From NCBI GenBank assembly GCA_038143065.1, contig JAYQLI010000035.1:1312894-1376893 (forward strand): DNA of 64,000 bases. Direction: 5' to 3'. This document shows positions 11,909 to 23,402 of this stretch, piece after piece. The DNA is from Rhodospirillales bacterium (lineage in GTDB: Bacteria > Pseudomonadota > Alphaproteobacteria > Bin95). A program made the translations under genes and the position numbers. Below the pieces are notes generated by a model, which ran no database searches, was not told the DNA's origin, and saw only the letters and a list, made by a program, of their open reading frames with translations. Numbering within the stretch: the stretch's first letter is position 1; each line of letters starts with the position of its first letter.

Positions 11909-13058
11909 CTAAAAAAATTTCCTTTCGCTAAATCGACGTTAACTGATCCACTAGAAGCTTCCTTTGAAGTAGGAGAAGCTCTCTCTAATTTTCCGATTAA
12001 AGGTGGATTTGGGATTGTCTACGTGACGTCATTCTTTGCGGAAAATCTCAATGTCATTTTAGAAACTCTGAAAGAAAAAACCGGTATAAGTGCATGGAGT
12101 GGTGGAGTTGGACTTGGAATAATTGCCAACCAGCTCGAAGTTTTCGATCAGCCAGCCATCGCTGCTATGATTATTGATATTCCGGAAAATTCGTTTCAAA
12201 TTTTAGGCTCGATTAGTACCAAAGAGGAATTTGAAACTTCCAAAGCGCAAGCTTGTTCTTTCGCATCTCCGCAAGGAGCAGCTTTATGCATTACACACAT
12301 CGACCCTCTTCAGGTGATCCTTCAGGGCATGGTCTCGCAAGCTTTCCAGCAGAGCTCTCGAGTGCTGCAGACTTATTTCTTGTTGGCGGTTTAACTTCCG
12401 GCCAGAACGCTATGCCAGCCATTGATAGTGGCGGAGCTGCAGCTGGCGCTGCTACCGGAGTCCTCGTGGCTCTGGATCAGAATATTTCGACCGGCGTAAG
12501 TCAAGGATGTACTCCTATCGGACCAGTACGATCAGCAAAAACTGCAGGAGTTGGTGTTCTCTCTCATCTTGGAGAAGAGAGTGCAGTTCGAGCACTCATT
12601 AAAGATTTAGAATTATCTGAACAAGCAGGCCCCAACGAACTGCGTGCTGCTCTAAACGGACTTCACATAGCTTTTCCGATTAAGGGTGCTGATCGTCAGG
12701 ATTACTTGGTTCGAAATATAACAGGAATAGACCTTGCAAAAGGCTTAATTGGCGTCGCTGAAGCAGCGGAAGATGGAGCAGCTGTATTCTTCTGCAGGCG
12801 CGATAAAAAAACAGCATCTAACGACCTAAAGGAAATGGCTGACAATGCTGCAAAAAGGCTCAAGACAGCAGCCCGTGGGGCTATCTACATTTCCTGCTTA
12901 GCTAGAGGTCCAAATCTTTTGGTCCTAACAATGAAGAAATAGCAATAGTTAAAGATGCTATCGGGGATGATGTGCCCGTCCTGGGGTTCTTTGCAAATGG
13001 TGAGATCGCTCACAATCGTCTTTATGGATATACGGGCGTGCTCGTTATATTTGGCTAA
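11905..13058 (+). CDS. FIST/NosP-type sensory domain protein; about three frameshifts
   Basis: [60 protein letters not shown]. Confidence 0.8.
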
Positions 13059-13549
13059 TAGTCCCCTCGGCGCAGAGCACGCGCTTGGGAACGCTTCCAT
13101 TCACGATCTTTTAAGTCCTGTCTTTTATCTAATTGCCTTTTTCCCTTAGCGAGGCCAACTTCGAGCTTCGCACGACCTCTATCATTAAAATACAAACGCA
13201 AAGGTACTAACGTTGCCCCTTCCCGGCGAACTGCTCCGATCAGCCTTTCTATTTGCCTTCGGTGCAAAAGCAGCTTTCGGTCCCGCCGAGGTGCATGTCC
13301 AAAATTCTTAGCTCCCTCATATTCAGGGATATGAGAATTCATAAGCCAAACTTCGCCACCCCGCTCACCAGCATATGCCTCATTAATGCTACCGCGACCA
13401 AGACGCATCGACTTGACCTCACTACCAGTGAGGACAAGTCCGACTTCCATTGAGTCTTCGATTGTATAGTCGTGACGGGCGCGACGATTTTGGGCAACCA
13501 AACCCGTAGCTATCATTCCGCCACTTTTATTATTTTTTTTAGCGGCCAT
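13055..13549 (-). CDS. smpB: SsrA-binding protein
   Basis: [33 protein letters not shown]. Confidence 0.97.
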   Translation of the reverse strand: MAAKKNNKSGGMIATGLVAQNRRARHDYTIEDSMEVGLVLTGSEVKSMRLGRGSINEAYAGERGGEVWLMNSHIPEYEGAKNFGHAPRRDRKLLLHRRQIERLIGAVRREGATLVPLRLYFNDRGRAKLEVGLAKGKRQLDKRQDLKDREWKRSQARALRRGDY

Positions 13550-13591
13550 CTTACCCAAAATTTCCTTTGGCCTGACTGAGACAGGCCAAGG

Positions 13592-14464
13592 TTAAATTAA
13601 ATCAAGAGCCTTCATAGCATCTTTCATTCTAGTACGTGCGATCTCACTAGCTTCAGCCAATGGCAGCCGAACTTGGTCAGACGCTTTTCCAAGAAGGCTA
13701 GCACCATACTTAGCCGGCGCAGGGCTTGGTTCACAGAAAATAGCATCATGTAGTGGCATTTAACTTTCATTAAGATCCCTTACACGATCCATATCCCCCT
13801 GCTGCCATGCTTCATGCATCATAGCGCAGAGCTTTGGAGCCACATTTGCAGTCACCGAAATACACCCCGAGCCACCCTGAGCCAAGTATGCAATTGCAGT
13901 TCCATCCTCACCGGATAGCATGCACCAATCTCTGCCGATAAGATTTGTCTCTCTTAAGGGTCGAGCAAGATCGTTTGTTGCATCTTTAACCCCAACCACA
14001 TTTGGCAACCCGGCTATTCGCGCCATCGTATTAGGTTGGATATCCACAACCGAGCGAGGTGGAATATTATAGACAATTATCGGAATATCTACGGCATTAT
14101 TAATAGCCTCAAAGTGCCTAAAAAGGCCTTCTTGACTTGGTTTGTTGTAGTATGGGGACACCACTAGAACTGCATCGGCACCAGCAGATTTTGCGTGTTT
14201 TGCCAAGTCGATTGCTTCGAGGGTCGAATTTGAGCCAGCTCCAGCAATCACTGGAACTCGTCCAGCTGCAGCTTCAATACATAACTCAACCACTAATTTG
14301 TGCTCTTCGTGAGATAAGGTAGGGCTCTCACCCGTGGTGCCGCACGGAACCAAACCATGACTACCTTCAGAAATCTGCCATTCCACAAACTCTTGAAATG
14401 CCTTCGTATCAACTTCACCATTCTTGAATGGAGTAATAAGAGCAGGCAAAGACCCTTTAAACAT
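13592..14464 (-). CDS. dapA: 4-hydroxy-tetrahydrodipicolinate synthase; frameshift near 13765
   Basis: [22 protein letters not shown]; C-terminus [23 protein letters not shown] in the shifted frame. Confidence 0.95.
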
Positions 14465-14608
14465 ATCTTTCCTCCGCGACATTCGCGCTAAAACTTTTTA
14501 AGACGATACGCCTCTAGGCCAGCTCTCGCAAGGAAGACCATTGTCGAAAAACATACTTACTTGGAGTATAGTGTCGAAAGTTTGGATTAGATGAAGGGAG
14601 GGAGGGCA

Positions 14609-15289
14609 ATGAGCACCCTAGTTGGAGTTAAGGCCTATATATTTGATGCTTACGGCACCTTATTTGATCTTAAAAATCCTGTTGCCGCCCGAGCAGCAAG
14701 AGTAGGAGATAAAGCTTTTCAGTTGAGTGAACTATGGCGTCAAAAACAGCTGGAATATTCTTGGATCAGAAGCTTAATGGGCAGTCATGCCGACTTTTGG
14801 ACAGTCACTGGCGACGCACTAGATTTCACTCTGGATACACTGAATATCGACGACCCAGCGCTTCGCTCTGAGCTGATGGAACTGTATCTCTCCCTTCCAA
14901 CTTTTGAAGAAGTTCCTGATGTCCTCAGAACACTAAGATCCAAAGGATTGAAAACTGGCATCCTCTCGAATGGGTCACCTACCATGCTAACTTCAGCGGT
15001 GAACCACTCTAACCTTGCACCAAGTTTGGATTTTGTTCTTTCAGTTGAGGAAATAGGCATCTTTAAACCAGCTACCAAAGTATATCACCTGGCGGCTGAA
15101 CGATTAAACATCACTCCTGAAAAAATTGCATTCTTTTCATCGAATGCCTGGGATATCGCTGGCGCATCATCTTTTGGATTTCAGGCCGTATGGTGCAACA
15201 GAGGCAACGCCCCAAATGAAAGGTTGCCAGGGCAACCAATAGCTGAGATCACAAATCTAAAGAATGTTCTAGACCTGTTGGAGGGCTGA
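14609..15289 (+). CDS. Haloacid dehalogenase, type II
   Basis: FDAYGTLFD, WRQKQLEYSW, ILSNG, FKP, SSNAWD. Confidence 0.92.
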   Translation: MSTLVGVKAYIFDAYGTLFDLKNPVAARAARVGDKAFQLSELWRQKQLEYSWIRSLMGSHADFWTVTGDALDFTLDTLNIDDPALRSELMELYLSLPTFEEVPDVLRTLRSKGLKTGILSNGSPTMLTSAVNHSNLAPSLDFVLSVEEIGIFKPATKVYHLAAERLNITPEKIAFFSSNAWDIAGASSFGFQAVWCNRGNAPNERLPGQPIAEITNLKNVLDLLEG

Positions 15290-15292
15290 TAA

Positions 15293-17668
15293 ATGGTAGC
15301 CCGAAAAATTTCGGCAACTGAAGCAGGACTTCCTTACTTCGAAGTATTAGAACTAGAAAAATCTGCAAATACCTTCTCCCTGGAAAGCCATACACGCGCC
15401 AAGGAAGCCCTGGAACGTGGCCTAGAAATGTCTGAACCAGGCTTCAACATTTTCGTTGTTGGCGAAGATCGAAGCGGTCGGATGACGGCAACGCTGGCTT
15501 TCCTTGAAGAAGAAATGGCGAAGCGCCCTCCCCCTCCTGACTGGCTATATTTGAACAACTTTCTGCAAGAAAATCAGCCGCACGCATTCCCTCTACCATC
15601 AGGCTTAGGGAAAGTATTTAAAACGCGTTTGAATTCTCTTATCTCACAGATCCGAGAGGGACTCGTCTACGCATTTGACCAAGAGAAAATGCAAGGAATT
15701 ATTAAGTCTCAAACAGAGCAGTTGAATGCAGACATTTTAGAGAAACTAAATAATTTAAGGTCAGAGGCTCACGATGCCGGTCTAGAAATTAATCAAACTC
15801 AGCAAGGACTATTCATCGTTAACTCGGAGAAGAAGGCAAAGGCAACGTCAGAATCTAAAAACTCATCAGAAGAAGACGGCGAAGACGTAAATATTAGGGT
15901 TCAAGAGCTAGAGTATAAAATTTCTCAATTCACAGAGTGGGTAACTGGAGAACAAATTAAGATTCAACAGAGTTCGCAAAATTTGGGCAGGAAAATTGCT
16001 GATGCCACTATTTCAATGCTTGTCAAAGATTTAAAAGAAGAATTTTCCGAAATTCAAAGTATTTGCGACTGGCTAGATGAACTTCAAATGGATGCCACAG
16101 AGAATTTCCATTTGTTCTTACCTCCCCAAAGCAACCAGGCGAACCATCCTGGCTATGAGCTTCCAGAGCGGCGCTATGCTGTAAATCTTTTTGTTGACCA
16201 TAATTCTAGCAAGCACCCAAAAGTGGTCTTAGAGGCTAATCCAACCTATCAAAACCTTTTTGGACGCTTAGAATATCGCCAAGAGGGAGGTGGAGCTGAA
16301 ACTGACTTCACCATGATTTGCCCAGGAGCTCTACACATGGCCAATGGGGGAGTACTAGTCCTCCGTGCCGATGCGCTAGCAGGATCTGACATTTCTTGGA
16401 AATTCCTAAAAGGCGCAATTAGAGATGAGACTATACAAATAGAGGAATTACATAGATTTAATGGCATTCCGATTGCTGGCGCACCAAAGCCACAGACAAT
16501 TCCTCTCAATCTGAAGGTCGTAATCGTAGGCACTCCTCACTGGTATTACACATTCTTTTCGTCTGACCCTGAATTTAGATCATATTTTAAAATAAAAGCC
16601 GAAATAGACGCTGATATGCCGGCAAGCTCGAACAACTTAAGTCGGCTTGGCGGCATTATTCAGAAAATGGCACATGACCGAGGCGGCTATACTTGTTCCA
16701 ATTCTGCCGTTTCTGAATTGTTTAGTTATGCCAGTAGATGGGCTGACAATCGAACAAGAGTTTCATCTAAATTTGAACAAATAGATGACTTAATTGCAGA
16801 AGCGGTCATCATCGCAAAACAATCAGGCAATCTTAAGCAGCTTGAAAAAGCTGATATCCAATCAGCAAGGACAGCACGATTACGAAGGAATAGTAGGGTT
16901 GAAGACCGTAACCAGGAGATGATCCAAAACGGAAGCGTTAAGATCGACTTAAACGGAAGTGTCATAGGGCAAGTAAATGGCCTAACCGTCCGCGACGTTA
17001 GCGATCATACATTTGGAAGTCCATCAAGGGTCACTGCTAGAACGTCTATAGGGCGAAAGGGCGTCATAAATATTGAGCGTGATGTAGCATTAGGCGGGCC
17101 GATACAGCAGAAAGCCGCGATGATATTGAATGGATATTTTTTGGGTACTTTTGCAAGACGAACCCCTCTTTCGTTTACAGCCTCTATGACTTTCGAACAG
17201 AACTATGGTGGGGTAGAGGGTGACAGCGCTTCATTAGCTGAAGCTGTTGCAATCATTTCAGATCTAGCAAAAATGCCAGTAAATCAATCTTTAGCCATTA
17301 CCGGGTCAATGAACCAGCTAGGTGTAGCTCAGTCTGTCGGTGGTGTACGACATAAGATTGAGGGCTTTTTTAGAACCTGCGAAAAATCCATAGCTGGCCT
17401 TACGGGGAAACAAGGAGTAATCGTTCCAGCCAGCAATAAGGAGCAAATTTTACTTGACCAATCGGTTCAAGATGCGATTTCTGATGGGAATTTCCATATC
17501 TGGACAGTTGAAAACCTTGCGGATGCGTTAGAGCTGATGCTAGGGGCTCCTGCTGGTGAAGAAGAACAAGATGGAAATTTCCCTTCGGAAACTATTTTTG
17601 GGCGCGTTCAAGCAACGCTGAGTATGTTTAACCATCAGCTTATCCTTTCCGAGCGGCAAGGCAGCTGA
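15293..17668 (+). CDS. Lon-like S16 protease (LonC/YcbZ type) with AAA-like domain
   Basis: GFNIFVVG, DWLYLNNF, GALHMANGG, GQVNGL, FEQNYGGVEGDSAS (catalytic Ser), HKIEGFF (Lys). Confidence 0.88.
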   Translation: MVARKISATEAGLPYFEVLELEKSANTFSLESHTRAKEALERGLEMSEPGFNIFVVGEDRSGRMTATLAFLEEEMAKRPPPPDWLYLNNFLQENQPHAFPLPSGLGKVFKTRLNSLISQIREGLVYAFDQEKMQGIIKSQTEQLNADILEKLNNLRSEAHDAGLEINQTQQGLFIVNSEKKAKATSESKNSSEEDGEDVNIRVQELEYKISQFTEWVTGEQIKIQQSSQNLGRKIADATISMLVKDLKEEFSEIQSICDWLDELQMDATENFHLFLPPQSNQANHPGYELPERRYAVNLFVDHNSSKHPKVVLEANPTYQNLFGRLEYRQEGGGAETDFTMICPGALHMANGGVLVLRADALAGSDISWKFLKGAIRDETIQIEELHRFNGIPIAGAPKPQTIPLNLKVVIVGTPHWYYTFFSSDPEFRSYFKIKAEIDADMPASSNNLSRLGGIIQKMAHDRGGYTCSNSAVSELFSYASRWADNRTRVSSKFEQIDDLIAEAVIIAKQSGNLKQLEKADIQSARTARLRRNSRVEDRNQEMIQNGSVKIDLNGSVIGQVNGLTVRDVSDHTFGSPSRVTARTSIGRKGVINIERDVALGGPIQQKAAMILNGYFLGTFARRTPLSFTASMTFEQNYGGVEGDSASLAEAVAIISDLAKMPVNQSLAITGSMNQLGVAQSVGGVRHKIEGFFRTCEKSIAGLTGKQGVIVPASNKEQILLDQSVQDAISDGNFHIWTVENLADALELMLGAPAGEEEQDGNFPSETIFGRVQATLSMFNHQLILSERQGS

Positions 17669-17687
17669 AATTTAGGAACACGTAAAT

Positions 17688-18812
17688 ATGAGTAGTACCA
17701 GCCTTCGAGCAACCGGTTACGGCGAACCAGAATTTCTCACTTTACAAGAGCTCCCCGAGCGCGCTCGCATAAATTTACCCGACACATCTTGGGATTACCT
17801 TGCAGGGGGAGCTGAAACTGAAACAACTTATCTCCGTAATCGTCTCAGTTTAGACAGCCTGGCGTTCCGGCCTCGCGTTTGCAATGACGTGTCAACCATT
17901 GATGTTTCAGGGAATTTTATGGGCCTTAAAAGGCGTCTTCCAGTTTTCCTCGCACCAATAGGAAGCCTAGAAAGCTTTGCAGCCGGTGGTGGTGTAGCAG
18001 CAGCTAGAGGAGCAGAAACATTCGGCGTTGATCATATGGTCTCGTCTGTCACCCAGCCCGATATGGAAACAATTGCGGGGAATGTAAATCAAGCAACTCT
18101 ATTCCAGCTTTATGTCAGAGGAGACGACAGCTTAGTTGACGACCATGTGAAACGAGCTGAGGACTGTGGATTTCGTGCCTTCGCAGTAACGGTTGATACC
18201 GCCCATTATTCTCGGCGTGAAAGGGATATTATTAAACGTTTCTTGCCTGCAGGACGAGCACGTGGAGCAAATAAAACAGGTCACAATTTCCAAATGGCTT
18301 GGAACTGGGACAAGGTAAAACGCTTTAAGGACAAGCATACAATCCCACTCATACTCAAAGGTATAGCGACAGCGGAGGATGCGGCTTTAGCAGTCGAATA
18401 CGGCGTGGACTGTGTTTATGTCTCCAATCATGGTGGACGCCAACTCGACTATGGCCGAGGAGCAATTGACGTACTGCCAGAGGTAGTAGAGGCGGTTGGA
18501 GGTAAAGCAGAAGTCGCAGTTGACGGCGGTTTTTGCCGAGGTACTGATATCGTAAAAGCCATAATACTGGGCGCAAATGCAGACGGTCTTGGAAGAATGC
18601 AAGGTTACGCCCTTGCAGCAGGTGGAGAACCGGGGCTTGTAAGAATGCTAGAAATTCTTGAGAGAGAGTGTGAAGTTGCTCTAGGCCTACTGGGTGTTAC
18701 ATCATTCTCTGAATTGGATAAAAGCTACATCACGACAGCTCCTCCGGTTTTAACTCCAGGGCCTTTTGCTGCCTTTCCTCACCTTAAGTGGCCTAGACAT
18801 AACGAATATTAA
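17688..18812 (+). CDS. FMN-dependent alpha-hydroxy acid oxidase/dehydrogenase
   Basis: YLAGGA, FQLY, VTVD, LKGI, SNHGGRQLD, DGGF.RGTD. Confidence 0.93.
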   Translation: MSSTSLRATGYGEPEFLTLQELPERARINLPDTSWDYLAGGAETETTYLRNRLSLDSLAFRPRVCNDVSTIDVSGNFMGLKRRLPVFLAPIGSLESFAAGGGVAAARGAETFGVDHMVSSVTQPDMETIAGNVNQATLFQLYVRGDDSLVDDHVKRAEDCGFRAFAVTVDTAHYSRRERDIIKRFLPAGRARGANKTGHNFQMAWNWDKVKRFKDKHTIPLILKGIATAEDAALAVEYGVDCVYVSNHGGRQLDYGRGAIDVLPEVVEAVGGKAEVAVDGGFCRGTDIVKAIILGANADGLGRMQGYALAAGGEPGLVRMLEILERECEVALGLLGVTSFSELDKSYITTAPPVLTPGPFAAFPHLKWPRHNEY

Positions 18813-18886
18813 TTTCTAGTACCCTTGCATCTGACTGAGCGATCTAGCAGTGTCGTGCTCCAAGAGCACGGGTTAGACTATACCGC

Positions 18887-19407
18887 TTGAGGAGGTTTTT
18901 TTTGCTTAGCACTCGTATTTGTACAATGTTTATCGCTTTAACGGTTTTGACTTTCCCTGCTGTTGCTCAACAACAACAGCAATTGACAAACATTCAAACT
19001 AGTCAAAACGGCGACTGGACCATGAAGTGCGGAGATTTGCCAAATAGCGGGCGTCTTTGTGAAATGACCCAGGTAATAAATAATCCGCGTGATGGAAAAC
19101 CTGTAATGCAAGCTGCCGTAGTTAAACCCCTGGGGAACAAGGCGCTTTATTGCGTTTCATAGCACCCCTTGGAATCTGGCTACGCCCGGGCCTCTCATTA
19201 AGTATTGATGGAGCAGAAGGGCAGAATATGGATTTTGCATTCTGCCTGAGGCAGGGCTGCATCGCTCAAATACGTTTGTCAGAAGGTCTAGTCAATTCAT
19301 TGAAACGCGGTTCTGCGGGGACAATAACTCTGCAAAATATTCGTCGTCAAAAACTGGACTTTAAACTCTCATTGAGCGGGTTCACGGCTAGTTTTGACCT
19401 CCTATAG
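18887..19407 (+). CDS. Invasion-associated locus B (IalB) family protein; frameshift near 19133
   Basis: Signal peptide, GDWTMKC..C.MTQ, PLGIWL..G, FCLRQGC, LSLSGFTA. Confidence 0.8.
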
Positions 19408-19772
19408 GCGGACCAATACATAGTTCGTTAAGGCCACTTTTGATCATCAAAACGCAACGACCATGCCAATACAGGAGCTTTACGCCCCAATGTAGGCATG
19501 ATGTTTTGACTTTAGTTCAGCTATTGCACCCGCATCACATTTAAAAAGGGCGGACAGCGTCTGTAACCTGACAGACCTGCTCATTACTCACGTCCAGCTT
19601 CTTCGTGCCAAGCATACAGCCTCTAGGTTAGACAATTCATTCCAGGAATTGGAGCTTTCTATGGGATCAGGCAGCGCTTCTAGCGGTTAACCGAATTGGC
19701 CCTATAAAATGCCTCGTTTTTAAAGAAATTTTTTCAAGGTGCATTTAAAGCTATTTAAATGCTCAGCTTAAG

Positions 19773-19807
19773 AAAAAGGCCCTGGAACAGATAAGTTCCA
19801 AGGCCTT
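19773..19807 (-). terminator. Intrinsic terminator of hppA
   Basis: Minus strand AAGGCCTTGGAAC-TTATCT-GTTCCAGGGCCTT-TTT. Confidence 0.8.
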
Positions 19808-19832
19808 AATTCTCAAGAAGGAAACTGGGTTC

Positions 19833-21942
19833 CTAGTGCGCTAAGATTGCAAGCAACAGAAGCGCTACGATATTGGTAATCTTAATCATAGGATTGACGG
19901 CTGGACCAGCCGTGTCCTTGTAGGGATCACCAACGGTATCACCGGTGACTGCTGCCTTGTGGGCCTCAGAACCTTTACCGCCATGATTACCATCTTCTAT
20001 GTATTTCTTAGCATTATCCCATGCACCACCACCGGCTGTCATTGAGATAGCAACATAGAGACCTGTGACAATCACGCCCAAAAGCATCGCGCCCAGAGCG
20101 GAGAACGCAGCTGACTTACCAGCTATCATCCAAATCACAAAGTAAAGTACTATTGGTGCAAGTACTGGCAACAAGGACGGTACAATCATTTCTTTGATTG
20201 CAGCCTTTGTTAGCAGGTCAACACACGTATCATAGCGCGGGCGACCAGTGCCCTCCATGATACCTGGGATATCACGGAACTGACGTCGAACCTCTTCCAC
20301 AACAGAGCCTGCTGCACGACCTACTGCTGTCATTGACATCGCACCAAATAAGAACGGTAGAAGCCCACCGAAGAAGAGCCCAACGACCACATACGGATTG
20401 TTGAGACTAAAATTCGGGGTTACACCTTCAAAGAAGGTATAGGTTCCTGCGTTTGCAGCGAAATATTCTAGATCAGCGGTGTACGCTCCAAAAAGAATAA
20501 GTGCACCGAGTCCAGCAGACCCAATGGCATAACCTTTGGTAACAGCCTTTGTGGTGTTACCGACCGCGTCTAGAGCGTCAGTGGTATTGCGGACATCGCT
20601 TTCTAGCTCTGCCATTTCTGCAATTCCACCAGCATTATCTGTCACAGGGCCATATGCATCCAATGCCACAACCATACCTGCCAGGGACAACATAGCGGTC
20701 ACGGCAATCGCGATGCCGAAAATACCAGCAATAAGGTATGTGATGATAATTGCAGCACATATAACCAACGCCGGTAGAGCTGTTGCTTCCATTGACACAG
20801 CCAGCCCTTGGATCACATTTGTTCCATGACCGGTGGTTGACGCCTGCGCTACGCTCTTTACAGGGCGATACTCTGTCCCGGTGTAATATTCCGTAATCCA
20901 GATAATCAGACCTGTAACTGCAACGCCCACCAGGGCACAGATGAACAATCCAGTGCCACTGAAGGATCCAGACGGCCCCTCAAGAACCGTGCCCATACCA
21001 ATTACAAGTGAAGTAGCTGCAAGGATAAGCACAAGCGAGATCACGGCGGAAACAATGAACCCTTTGTACAATGCACCCATTATATTCTGTGACGCACCGA
21101 GCTTCACAAAGAAGGCTCCCGATAATTGAACCTATGATGGAGACCCCGCCAATAATCAGAGGGTAGACCAAGACTTGATCAATAATCGGCTGTCCACCAA
21201 AGAAAATAAGACCTAGGACCATAGTAGCTACAACAGTCACTGCGTAGGTTTCAAAAAGGTCAGCAGCCATACCTGCGCAATCACCAACATTATCGCCTAC
21301 GTTATCGGCGATAACTGCTGGATTGCGGGGATCATCTTCAGGAATTCCGGCTTCAACCTTGCCTACAAGATCGGCTCCAACATCGGCACCTTTGGTGAAG
21401 ATACCTCCACCCAAACGAGCGAAAATCGAAATCAAAGAAGCTCCAAAACCCAAAGCAACAAGGGGGTCTATCAGGTCGCGACCTTCGGCACCTACACCCT
21501 TTAGCACCCCGTAGTAGACCGCAACACCAAGTAGTGCGAGACCAGCTACAAGCATTCCGGTGACGGCTCCCGACTTGAACGCAATATCAAGTCCCCGAGC
21601 CAATCCAGCGCGGGCTGCCTCTGCAGTTCTTACGTTAGCGCGAACTGACACAAGCATACCAACATAACCCGCTAAGCCTGAGAGAGTAGCGCCTATCGCA
21701 AAGCCAAGCGCAGAAAGAAAACCGAGCAGAAGCCAGCTTAAGATGAATATTACTACACCAACCATTCCAATAGTAGTGTATTGGCGCTTTAAATAAGCGC
21801 TCGCGCCTTCACGGATTGCTCCTGCAATTTCCTGCATACGGGCGTTGCCAGCGTCAGCCGCCAGCACTGAGCGACCAATAATGATGCCATAGAGCACCGC
21901 CGCAAGGCCGCAAAGCAGCGTTATGTAATAGGCCATGTCCAT
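19833..21942 (-). CDS. hppA: Membrane H+-translocating pyrophosphatase, predicted K+-independent; frameshift near 21119
   Basis: [47 protein letters not shown]. Confidence 0.95.
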
Positions 21943-22086
21943 CTGAAGAGGCCTCCCCCAATTTGCTGTTAAGTAATGTTAATAGATAGGTACGACCCGG
22001 TGAACACCGGGTGCACAAAACCACGGCGGTCTATGCCAGATGACCATGTAACGTGCAAGTTGCACTACTGCGACAAAGCCGCCGGT

Positions 22087-23266
22087 TTAAACTGCAGATA
22101 TTCGTCTCGCTTTCAGTGAAATAACACAAAGCACGGCTAGAAAAATCAATGGTGTTACACCGTAGTTAACGGTCTCCCAATCAAAGGCGTTAAGTAACTG
22201 TCCAGATGAAAGAGCAGCAATTGCTACAGTTGCAAAAATCAAGAAGTCATTAAAACCTTGCACTTTGGCTCGCTCTTCAGGTTGATATGTCTCGGTCAAC
22301 AGCGTCGTAGCACCAATAAACATAAAGTTCCAACCAACGCCAATAACCAATAATCCAATCACAAAATTTTCAAAACCGGCACCTAAAAGATGTGCAATCA
22401 CGGCTGAAATGTTCAGTGCCGCGCCCATCAAAATAACATTCAGTACACCAAGCTTTCTTATGATGTCTCCCGTAACAAAAGATGGTGCAAACATCCCAAT
22501 TATATGGGCTTGAATTACCCATTTTGAGTCAACAAATTCAAACCCACAATTTGCCATAGCAAGGGGTGTTGAAGCCATTAGAAGTGCCATTACCCCATAT
22601 GCCACAAAGCCTGTGACAACTGCCACCGCGCACTTTGGCTGCAAGAGAATTTCAAGTAACGGACGCCCAGACGTCCTCCGTTGCTCTTCTGTGAGCTTAG
22701 GTATTTGGACTCCAGACAAAAGGACGAACGAAATTAAATATACTCCGATCAGAGCAAAATAACTTCCTGCAAATTGAATTGGGAAAGTGCATCTTTTGTT
22801 AAATTAGCAAGCTCCGGACCTAAAAGGCCGCAAATAGGCCACCTGTCATAACCCATGATATTGCCTTGGGTCGAAATTCCTCTGAAGCTATATCTGCCGC
22901 TGCAAAACGATAAAAAATGGCAAAGCCATTGAACCATCCCACCACTGTGACCCCAACGCAAAGAAGCCAAAAAGACCCCTGAAGCATCGCTATGCCTGCC
23001 AGAATAGCACCGAAAACACCGAACCAAGTAGCAATCATAAAGCCAGCCCTTCGGCCTATCCGACGCATGAGCTGAGAAGCTGGAATGGTTGCTAACATGA
23101 CGCCAGCATGATGCGTTGCCAAAGGCAAAGTTTCCCAGCCCGGCGTCGGCGACAGTATCTTTCCGGCTAAAGGGCCAGTGGTAAGCATTAACGCTGTGCC
23201 TGTCATGTACAATGCCTGACACACAGCAAGGATAAACACATTACGTTTGGAAGGGTCGGAAAACAT
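22087..23266 (-). CDS. MFS transporter; frameshift near 22822
   Basis: Multi-TM; MRRIGRRAGF, YRFAAAD, HIIGMFAPS, GWNFMFIGAT, ERAKVQGFND. Confidence 0.88.
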
Positions 23267-23402
23267 AAGAGTTGTTTACTTCCGAAATGACTGACCGACC
23301 CCATAAGCTTGATGGTCGATCAGCAACCAGCTACTCGTCCTGAAGATATCCCACTCCGCCCTAAGAAAAAAGGCTCCCGAAAGATCGTTCTATTGGAAGA
23401 AA

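Noticed and set aside
13055-14600. tmRNA gene next to smpB
   Set aside because: No tRNA-like ends or ANDN-type tag frame in the neighbouring gaps; the 13592-13760 gap is the frameshifted end of dapA
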